The notes under the pieces: model-generated
What the model saw: the letters and a program-made list of their open reading frames with translations, nothing else
Databases searched by the model: none
Told to the model about the DNA's origin: nothing
Assembly: GCF_009914755.1 (NCBI RefSeq)
Contig: NC_060941.1
DNA: 64,000 nucleotides
Origin: the human T2T-CHM13v2.0 reference genome, Homo sapiens
Reading direction: 5' to 3' (one strand)
Translations under genes and position numbers: made by a program
Shown: piece after piece, positions 53,901-64,000 of the stretch
Layout: the number at the start of each line of letters is the position of its first letter
Position numbering within the stretch: position 1 is the first letter of the stretch

Positions 53901-56900
53901 TTGAAACACTCTTTTTGTAGAAACTGCAAGGGGATCATTGCACTTCTTTGAGGCCTACCGTAGTAAAGGAAATAACTTCCTATAAAAAGAAGACAGAAGC
54001 TTTCTCAGAAAATTCTTTGGGATGATTGAGTTGAGCAAACAGAGCTGAACACTCCTTGCGATGTAGCAGTTTAGAAACACCCTTTCTGCAGAATCTGCAA
54101 GTGCATATGTGGACCTCTCTGAGGAATTCGTTGGAAACGGGATAATTTCAGCTGACTAAACAGAAGCAGTCTCAGAATCTTCTTTGTGATGTTTGCATTC
54201 AAATCCCAGAGTTGAACTTTCCTTTCAAAGTTCACGTTTGAAACACTCTTTTTGCAGGATCTACAAGTGGATATTTGGACCACTCTGTGTCCTTCGTTCG
54301 AAACGGGTATATCTTCACATGACATCTAGACAGAAGCATTCTCAGAAGCTTCTCTGTGATGACTGCATTCAACTCACGGAGTTGAACACTCCTTTTGAGA
54401 GCGCAGTTTTGGAACTCTCTTTCTGTGGCATCTGCAAGGGGACATGTAGACCTCTTTGAAGATTTCGTTGGAAACGGAATCATCTTCACATAAAAACTAT
54501 ACAGATGCATTCTCAGGAACTTTTTGGTGATGTTTGTATTCAACTCCCAGAGTTGAACTTTCCTTTGGAAAGAGCAGCTATGAAACACTCTTTTTCTAGA
54601 ATCTGCAAGTGGACGTTTGGAGGGCTTTGTGGTTTGTGGTGGAAAAGGAAATATCTTCACCTAAATACTAGATAGAAGCATTCTCAGAAACTGCTTTGTG
54701 ATGATTGCATTCACCTCACAGAGTTGAACATTCCTATTGATAGAGCAGTTTGGAAACACTCTTCTTGTGGAATGTGCAAGTGGAGATTTGGAGCGCTTTG
54801 AGGCCTATGGTAGTAAAGGGAATAGCTTCATAGAAAAACTAGACAGAAGCATTCTCAGAAAATACTTTGTGATGATTGAGTTGAACTCACAGAGCTGAAC
54901 ATTCCTTTGGATGGAGCAGGTTTGAGACACACTTTTTGTAGAATCTACAAGTGGATATTTGGACCTCTCTGAGGATTTCGTTGGAAACGGGATAACTGCA
55001 CCTAACTAAACGGAAGCATTCTCAGAAACTTCTTGGTGATGTTTGCATTCAAATCCCAGAGTTGAACCTTCCTTTGAGAGTTCAGGTTTGAAACACTCTT
55101 TTTGTAGGATCTGCAAGTGGATATTTGGACCACTCTGTGGCCTTCGTTCGAAACGGGTACATCTTCGCATAAAATCTAGACAGAAGCCTTCTCAGAAACT
55201 TCTCTGTGATGATTGCATTCAACTCACAGAGTTGAACCCTCCTATGGATAGAGCAGTGTTGAAACTCTCTTTTTGTGGAATCTGCAAGCGGATATGTGGA
55301 CCTCTCCGAAGATGTCTTTGGAAACGGGAATATCTTCACATAAAAACTAAACAGAAGCATTCTCAGAAACTTCTCTGTGATGTTTGTGTTCAACTCCCAG
55401 AGTTTCACATTGCTTCTCATAGAGTAGTTCTGAAACATGCTTTTCGTAGTGTCTGCAAGTGGACATTTGGAGCGCTTTCAGGCCTGTGGTGGAAAACGAA
55501 TTATGGTCACATAAAAACTGGAGAGAAGCATTGTCAGAAACTTCTTTGTGATGATTGCATTCAAGTCACAGAGTTGAAGGTTCCTTTTCAAAGAGCAGTT
55601 TCCAATCACTCTTTCTGTGGAATCTGCAAGTGGATATTTGGACCTCTTTGAAGATTTCGTTGGAAACGGGAGAATCTTCACAGAAAAGCTAAACAGAAGC
55701 ATTCTCAGAAACTTCTTTGTGATGCTTCCATTCAACTCACAGAGTTGAACTTTCCTTTCGAGAGAGAAGCTTTGAAACACTCTTTTTCCAGAATCTGCAA
55801 GTGGATATTTGGAGGGCTTTGAGGCCTGTGGTGGAAAAGGAATTATCTTCCCGTAAAAGCTAGATAGAAGCATTCTCAGAAACTACTTTGTGATGATTGC
55901 ATTCAAGTCACAGAGTTGAACATTCCCTTTGACAGAGCAGTTTGGAAACTCTCTTTGCGTAGAATCTGCAAGTGGAGATATGGACCGCTTTGAGGCCTAT
56001 GGTAGTAAAGGAAATAGCTTCATATAAAAGCTAGACAGCAGCATTCACAGAAAACTCTTGGTGACGACTGAGTTTAACTCACAGAGCTGAACATTCCTTT
56101 GGATGGAGCAGTTTCGAAACACACTATTTGTAGAATGTGCAAGTGGATATGTGGGCCTCTCTGAGGATTTCGTTGGAAACGGGATAAACCGCACAGAACT
56201 AAACAGAAGCATTCTCAGAACCTTCTTCGTGATGTTTGCATTCAACTCACAGTGTTGAACCTTTCTTTGATAGTTCAGGTTGGAAACGGTCTTTCTGTAG
56301 AAACTGCAAGTAGATATTTGGACCTCTCTGAGGATTTCGTTGGAAACGGGATAAACCGCACAGAACTAAAACAGAAGCATTCTCAGAACCCTCTTCGTGA
56401 TGTTTGCATTCAACTCACGGTGCTGAACCTTTCTTTGATAGTTCAGCTTTGAAACACTCTTTTTGTAGAAACTGCAAGTGGATATTTGGTCCCCTCTGAG
56501 GATTTCGTTGGAAACGGGATAAACCGCACAGAACTAAACAGAAGCATTCTCAGAACCTTCTTCGTGATGTCTGCATTCAACTCACAGTGTGGAACCTTTC
56601 TTTGATAGTTCAGGTTTGAAACACTCTTTTTGTAGAAACTGCAAGGGGATCATTGCACTTCTTTGAGGCCTACCGTAGTAAAGGAAATAACTTCCTATAA
56701 AAAGAAGACAGAAGCTTTCTCAGAAAATTCTTTGGGATGATTGAGTTGAGCAAACAGAGCTGAACACTCCTTGCGATGTAGCAGTTTAGAAACACCCTTT
56801 CTGCAGAATCTGCAAGTGCATATGTGGACCTCTCTGAGGAATTCGTTGGAAACGGGATAATTTCAGCTGACTAAACAGAAGCAGTCTCAGAATCTTCTTT

Positions 56901-59900
56901 GTGATGTTTGCATTCAAATCCCAGAGTTGAACTTTCCTTTCAAAGTTCACGTTTGAAACACTCTTTTTGCAGGATCTACAAGTGGATATTTGGACCACTC
57001 TGTGTCCTTCGTTCGAAACGGGTATATCTTCACATGACATCTAGACAGAAGCATTCTCAGAAGCTTCTCTGTGATGACTGCATTCAACTCACGGAGTTGA
57101 ACACTCCTTTTGAGAGCGCAGTTTTGGAACTCTCTTTCTGTGGCATCTGCAAGGGGACATGTAGACCTCTTTGAAGATTTCGTTGGAAACGGAATCATCT
57201 TCACATAAAAACTATACAGATGCATTCTCAGGAACTTTTTGGTGATGTTTGTATTCAACTCCCAGAGTTGAACTTTCCTTTGGAAAGAGCAGCTATGAAA
57301 CACTCTTTTTCTAGAATCTGCAAGTGGACGTTTGGAGGGCTTTGTGGTTTGTGGTGGAAAAGGAAATATCTTCACCTAAATACTAGATAGAAGCATTCTC
57401 AGAAACTGCTTTGTGATGATTGCATTCACCTCACAGAGTTGAACATTCCTATTGATAGAGCAGTTTGGAAACACTCTTCTTGTGGAATGTGCAAGTGGAG
57501 ATTTGGAGCGCTTTGAGGCCTATGGTAGTAAAGGGAATAGCTTCATAGAAAAACTAGACAGAAGCATTCTCAGAAAATACTTTGTGATGATTGAGTTGAA
57601 CTCACAGAGCTGAACATTCCTTTGGATGGAGCAGGTTTGAGACACACTTTTTGTAGAATCTACAAGTGGATATTTGGACCTCTCTGAGGATTTCGTTGGA
57701 AACGGGATAACTGCACCTAACTAAACGGAAGCATTCTCAGAAACTTCTTGGTGATGTTTGCATTCAAATCCCAGAGTTGAACCTTCCTTTGAGAGTTCAG
57801 GTTTGAAACACTCTTTTTGTAGGATCTGCAAGTGGATATTTGGACCACTCTGTGGCCTTCGTTCGAAACGGGTACATCTTCGCATAAAATCTAGACAGAA
57901 GCCTTCTCAGAAACTTCTCTGTGATGATTGCATTCAACTCACAGAGTTGAACCCTCCTATGGATAGAGCAGTGTTGAAACTCTCTTTTTGTGGAATCTGC
58001 AAGCGGATATGTGGACCTCTCCGAAGATGTCTTTGGAAACGGGAATATCTTCACATAAAAACTAAACAGAAGCATTCTCAGAAACTTCTCTGTGATGTTT
58101 GTGTTCAACTCCCAGAGTTTCACATTGCTTCTCATAGAGTAGTTCTGAAACATGCTTTTCGTAGTGTCTGCAAGTGGACATTTGGAGCGCTTTCAGGCCT
58201 GTGGTGGAAAACGAATTATGGTCACATAAAAACTGGAGAGAAGCATTGTCAGAAACTTCTTTGTGATGATTGCATTCAAGTCACAGAGTTGAAGGTTCCT
58301 TTTCAAAGAGCAGTTTCCAATCACTCTTTCTGTGGAATCTGCAAGTGGATATTTGGACCTCTTTGAAGATTTCGTTGGAAACGGGAGAATCTTCACAGAA
58401 AAGCTAAACAGAAGCATTCTCAGAAACTTCTTTGTGATGCTTGCATTCAACTCACAGAGTTGAACTTTCTTTTCGAGAGAGAAGCTTTGAAACACTCTTT
58501 TTCCAGAATCTGCAAGTGGACATTTGGAGGGCTTTGAGGCCTGTGGTGGAAAAGGAATTATCTTCCCGTAAAAGCTAGATAGAAGCATTCTCAGAAACTA
58601 CTTTGTGATGATTGCATTCAAGTCACAGAGTTGAACATTCCCTTTGACAGAGCAGTTTGGAAACTCTCTTTGCGTAGAATCTGCAAGTGGAGATATGGAC
58701 CGCTTTGAGGCCTATGGTAGTAAAGGAAATAGCTTCATATAAAAGCTAGACAGCAGCATTCACAGAAAACTCTTGGTGACGACTGAGTTTAACTCACAGA
58801 GCTGAACATTCCTTTGGATGGAGCAGTTTCGAAACACACTATTTGTAGAATGTGCAAGTGGATATGTGGGCCTCTCTGAGGATTTCGTTGGAAACGGGAT
58901 AAACCGCACAGAACTAAACAGAAGCATTCTCAGAACCTTCTTCGTGATGTTTGCATTCAACTCACAGTGTTGAACCTTTCTTTGATAGTTCAGGTTGGAA
59001 ACGGTCTTTCTGTAGAAACTGCAAGTAGATATTTGGACCTCTCTGAGGATTTCGTTGGAAACGGGATAAACCGCACAGAACTAAAACAGAAGCATTCTCA
59101 GAACCCTCTTCGTGATGTTTGCATTCAACTCACGGTGCTGAACCTTTCTTTGATAGTTCAGCTTTGAAACACTCTTTTTGTAGAAACTGCAAGTGGATAT
59201 TTGGTCCCCTCTGAGGATTTCGTTGGAAACGGGATAAACCGCACAGAACTAAACAGAAGCATTCTCAGAACCTTCTTCGTGATGTCTGCATTCAACTCAC
59301 AGTGTGGAACCTTTCTTTGATAGTTCAGGTTTGAAACACTCTTTTTGTAGAAACTGCAAGGGGATCATTGCACTTCTTTGAGGCCTACCGTAGTAAAGGA
59401 AATAACTTCCTATAAAAAGAAGACAGAAGCTTTCTCAGAAAATTCTTTGGGATGATTGAGTTGAGCAAACAGAGCTGAACACTCCTTGCGATGTAGCAGT
59501 TTAGAAACACCCTTTCTGCAGAATCTGCAAGTGCATATGTGGACCTCTCTGAGGAATTCGTTGGAAACGGGATAATTTCAGCTGACTAAACAGAAGCAGT
59601 CTCAGAATCTTCTTTGTGATGTTTGCATTCAAATCCCAGAGTTGAACTTTCCTTTCAAAGTTCACGTTTGAAACACTCTTTTTGCAGGATCTACAAGTGG
59701 ATATTTGGACCACTCTGTGTCCTTCGTTCGAAACGGGTATATCTTCACATGACATCTAGACAGAAGCATTCTCAGAAGCTTCTCTGTGATGACTGCATTC
59801 AACTCACGGAGTTGAACACTCCTTTTGAGAGCGCAGTTTTGGAACTCTCTTTCTGTGGCATCTGCAAGGGGACATGTAGACCTCTTTGAAGATTTCGTTG

Positions 59901-62900
59901 GAAACGGAATCATCTTCACATAAAAACTATACAGATGCATTCTCAGGAACTTTTTGGTGATGTTTGTATTCAACTCCCAGAGTTGAACTTTCCTTTGGAA
60001 AGAGCAGCTATGAAACACTCTTTTTCTAGAATCTGCAAGTGGACGTTTGGAGGGCTTTGTGGTTTTTGGTGGAAAAGGAAATATCTTCACCTAAATACTA
60101 GATAGAAGCATTCTCAGAAACTGCTTTGTGATGATTGCATTCACCTCACAGAGTTGAACATTCCTATTGATAGAGCAGTTTGGAAACACTCTTCTTGTGG
60201 AATGTGCAAGTGGAGATTTGGAGCGCTTTGAGGCCTATGGTAGTAAAGGGAATAGCTTCATAGAAAAACTAGACAGAAGCATTCTCAGAAAATACTTTGT
60301 GATGATTGAGTTGAACTCACAGAGCTGAACATTCCTTTGGATGGAGCAGGTTTGAGACACACTTTTTGTAGAATCTACAAGTGGATATTTGGACCTCTCT
60401 GAGGATTTCGTTGGAAACGGGATAACTGCACCTAACTAAACGGAAGCATTCTCAGAAACTTCTTGGTGATGTTTGCATTCAAATCCCAGAGTTGAACCTT
60501 CCTTTGAGAGTTCAGGTTTGAAACACTCTTTTTGTAGGATCTGCAAGTGGATATTTGGACCACTCTGTGGCCTTCGTTCGAAACGGGTACATCTTCGCAT
60601 AAAATCTAGACAGAAGCCTTCTCAGAAACTTCTCTGTGATGATTGCATTCAACTCACAGAGTTGAACCCTCCTATGGATAGAGCAGTGTTGAAACTCTCT
60701 TTTTGTGGAATCTGCAAGCGGATATGTGGACCTCTCCGAAGATGTCTTTGGAAACGGGAATATCTTCACATAAAAACTAAACAGAAGCATTCTCAGAAAC
60801 TTCTCTGTGATGTTTGTGTTCAACTCCCAGAGTTTCACATTGCTTCTCATAGAGTAGTTCTGAAACATGCTTTTCGTAGTGTCTGCAAGTGGACATTTGG
60901 AGCGCTTTCAGGCCTGTGGTGGAAAACGAATTATGGTCACATAAAAACTGGAGAGAAGCATTGTCAGAAACTTCTTTGTGATGATTGCATTCAAGTCACA
61001 GAGTTGAAGGTTCCTTTTCAAAGAGCAGTTTCCAATCACTCTTTCTGTGGAATCTGCAAGTGGATATTTGGACCTCTTTGAAGATTTCGTTGGAAACGGG
61101 AGAATCTTCACAGAAAAGCTAAACAGAAGCATTCTCAGAAACTTCTTTGTGATGCTTGCATTCAACTCACAGAGTTGAACTTTCCTTTCGAGAGAGAAGT
61201 TTTGAAACACTCTTTTTCCAGAATCTGCAAGTGGACATTTGGAGGGCTTTGAGGCCTGTGGTGGAAAAGGAATTATCTTCCCGTAAAAGCTAGATAGAAG
61301 CATTCTCAGAAACTACTTTGTGATGATTGCATTCAAGTCACAGAGTTGAACATTCCCTTTGACAGAGCAGTTTGGAAACTCTCTTTGCGTAGAATCTGCA
61401 AGTGGAGATATGGACCGCTTTGAGGCCTATGGTAGTAAAGGAAATAGCTTCATATAAAAGCTAGACAGCAGCATTCACAGAAAACTCTTGGTGACGACTG
61501 AGTTTAACTCACAGAGCTGAACATTCCTTTGGATGGAGCAGTTTCGAAACACACTATTTGTAGAATGTGCAAGTGGATATGTGGGCCTCTCTGAGGATTT
61601 CGTTGGAAACGGGATAAACCGCACAGAACTAAACAGAAGCATTCTCAGAACCTTCTTCGTGATGTTTGCATTCAACTCACAGTGTTGAACCTTTCTTTGA
61701 TAGTTCAGGTTGGAAACGGTCTTTCTGTAGAAACTGCAAGTAGATATTTGGACCTCTCTGAGGATTTCGTTGGAAACGGGATAAACCGCACAGAACTAAA
61801 ACAGAAGCATTCTCAGAACCCTCTTCGTGATGTTTGCATTCAACTCACGGTGCTGAACCTTTCTTTGATAGTTCAGCTTTGAAACACTCTTTTTGTAGAA
61901 ACTGCAAGTGGATATTTGGTCCCCTCTGAGGATTTCGTTGGAAACGGGATAAACCGCACAGAACTAAACAGAAGCATTCTCAGAACCTTCTTCGTGATGT
62001 CTGCATTCAACTCACAGTGTGGAACCTTTCTTTGATAGTTCAGGTTTGAAACACTCTTTTTGTAGAAACTGCAAGGGGATCATTGCACTTCTTTGAGGCC
62101 TACCGTAGTAAAGGAAATAACTTCCTATAAAAAGAAGACAGAAGCTTTCTCAGAAAATTCTTTGGGATGATTGAGTTGAGCAAACAGAGCTGAACACTCC
62201 TTGCGATGTAGCAGTTTAGAAACACCCTTTCTGCAGAATCTGCAAGTGCATATGTGGACCTCTCTGAGGAATTCGTTGGAAACGGGATAATTTCAGCTGA
62301 CTAAACAGAAGCAGTCTCAGAATCTTCTTTGTGATGTTTGCATTCAAATCCCAGAGTTGAACTTTCCTTTCCAAGTTCACGTTTGAAACACTCTTTTTGC
62401 AGGATCTACAAGTGGATATTTGGACCACTCTGTGTCCTTCGTTCGAAACGGGTATATCTTCACATGACATCTAGACAGAAGCATTCTCAGAAGCTTCTCT
62501 GTGATGACTGCATTCAACTCACGGAGTTGAACACTCCTTTTGAGAGCGCAGTTTTGGAACTCTCTTTCTGTGGCATCTGCAAGGGGACATGTAGACCTCT
62601 TTGAAGATTTCGTTGGAAACGGAATCATCTTCACATCAAAACTATACAGATGCATTCTCAGGAACTTTTTGGTGATGTTTGTATTCAACTCCCAGAGTTG
62701 AACTTTCCTTTGGAAAGAGCAGCTATGAAACACTCTTTTTCTAGAATCTGCAAGTGGACGTTTGGAGGGCTTTGTGGTTTGTGGTGGAAAAGGAAATATC
62801 TTCACCTAAATACTAGATAGAAGCATTCTCAGAAACTGCTTTGTGATGATTGCATTCACCTCACAGAGTTGAACATTCCTATTGATAGAGCAGTTTGGAA

Positions 62901-64000
62901 ACACTCTTCTTGTGGAATGTGCAAGTGGAGATTTGGAGCGCTTTGAGGCCTATGGTAGTAAAGGGAATAGCTTCATAGAAAAACTAGACAGAAGCATTCT
63001 CAGAAAATACTTTGTGATGATTGAGTTGAACTCACAGAGCTGAACATTCCTTTGGATGGAGCAGGTTTGAGACACACTTTTTGTAGAATCTACAAGTGGA
63101 TATTTGGACCTCTCTGAGGATTTCGTTGGAAACGGGATAACTGCACCTAACTAAACGGAAGCATTCTCAGAAACTTCTTGGTGATGTTTGCATTCAAATC
63201 CCAGAGTTGAACCTTCCTTTGAGAGTTCAGGTTTGAAACACTCTTTTTGTAGGATCTGCAAGTGGATATTTGGACCACTCTGTGGCCTTCGTTCGAAACG
63301 GGTACATCTTCGCATAAAATCTAGACAGAAGCCTTCTCAGAAACTTCTCTGTGATGATTGCATTCAACTCACAGAGTTGAACCCTCCTATGGATAGAGCA
63401 GTGTTGAAACTCTCTTTTTGTGGAATCTGCAAGCGGATATGTGGACCTCTCCGAAGATGTCTTTGGCAACGGGAATATCTTCACATAAAAACTAAACAGA
63501 AGCATTCTCAGAAACTTCTCTGTGATGTTTGTGTTCAACTCCCAGAGTTTCACATTGCTTCTCATAGAGTAGTTCTGAAACATGCTTTTCGTAGTGTCTG
63601 CAAGTGGACATTTGGAGCGCTTTCAGGCCTGTGGTGGAAAACGAATTATGGTCACATAAAAACTGGAGAGAAGCATTGTCAGAAACTTCTTTGTGATGAT
63701 TGCATTCAAGTCACAGAGTTGAAGGTTCCTTTTCAAAGAGCAGTTTCCAATCACTCTTTCTGTGGAATCTGCAAGTGGATATTTGGACCTCTTTGAAGAT
63801 TTCGTTGGAAACGGGAGAATCTTCACAGAAAAGCTAAACAGAAGCATTCTCAGAAACTTCTTTGTGATGCTTGCATTCAACTCACAGAGTTGAACTTTCC
63901 TTTCGAGAGAGAAGCTTTGAAACACTCTTTTTCCAGAATCTGCAAGTGGACATTTGGAGGGCTTTGAGGCCTGTGGTGGAAAAGGAATTATCTTCCCGTA
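26974..64000 (+). repeat. Homogeneous canonical 16-mer HOR run: 13 complete 2715-bp units plus one partial
   Basis: GAATTC at 26974+2715n up to 62269 with no net length change. ORF coordinates recur at exactly 2715. Confidence 0.96.
39878..40229 (+). promoter_or_regulatory. Triplet of CENP-B boxes in consecutive monomers M13-M15 (representative 16-mer)
   Basis: tttcgttggaaacggga at 39878, 40045 and 40213 (spacing 167 and 168). By my count an intact 16-mer has 8 core-matching boxes (M1, 2, 6, 7, 10, 13, 14, 15); M3 (cggaa) and M8 (gtctttgg) are degenerate. Confidence 0.88.

Larger units (their letters stand above)
1..64000 (+). repeat. D17Z1: Centromeric alpha-satellite HOR array, most likely human chr17 D17Z1 (SF3, pentamer-derived 16-mer)
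   Basis: Seen: head-to-tail 167-171 bp monomers starting (c/t)agaagcattctcagaaa, CENP-B boxes TTCGTTGGAAACGGGA, a 2715-bp period with a GAATTC marker in each unit, and internal 850-bp (5-monomer) similarity (210 vs 1060). Knowledge: D17Z1 is a ~2.7-kb EcoRI 16-mer with shorter deletion variants. Alpha satellite is essentially certain; the chromosome and species call is by recognition. Confidence 0.93.

Noticed and set aside
88-63925. Recurring minus-strand ORFs (84, 142, 118, 131, 71, 66 aa)
   Set aside because: They are overlapping antisense translations of the same monomers that appear and vanish with single SNVs. There is no coding evidence.
1-64000. CRISPR-like or other prokaryotic repeat-spacer system
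   Set aside because: The sequence between conserved motifs is homologous monomer sequence, not unique spacers, and there are no cas-like genes.
1-64000. L1/Alu insertion or inversion within the array
   Set aside because: All unit lengths are explained by whole monomers or 1-bp indels, and I saw no reverse-strand monomers or non-satellite sequence.
1-64000. Assignment to DXZ1, D11Z1 or D17Z1-B
   Set aside because: Those SF3 arrays have 12-mer, 5-mer and 14-mer HORs. The dominant unit here is a 2715-bp 16-mer with an EcoRI marker.

Overview
The whole 64 kb is one uninterrupted, single-orientation array of primate centromeric alpha satellite (~171-bp monomers carrying CENP-B boxes). The pentameric substructure, the ~2.7-kb 16-monomer higher-order repeat (HOR) and the recurring GAATTC (EcoRI) marker fit human chromosome 17 D17Z1 (suprachromosomal family 3); this is by recognition, not by database search. 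EcoRI markers fall at 141, 2689, 5237, 7785, 10845, 13393, 16453, 19168, 21714, 24260, 26974 and then every 2715 bp to 62269. Unit lengths are therefore 2548 x3 (15-mer), 3060 (18-mer), 2548, 3060, 2715 (divergent 16-mer), 2546 x2, 2714, then 2715 x13 plus a partial unit. The window crosses from a structurally variable, divergent zone with eroded CENP-B boxes (left ~27 kb) into a homogeneous 16-mer zone (right ~37 kb). I see no genes, RNA genes, transposons or CRISPR, and no new protein-coding system; the ORF track is a by-product of the repeat. The points of interest are structural: an unusual chimeric 18-mer, a 5608-bp (15+18 = 33-monomer) tandem super-repeat, local CENP-B box loss, and nested variant blocks recording array expansion. 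Monomer numbers M1.. are my own (M1 contains the EcoRI site). All comparisons were made by eye.
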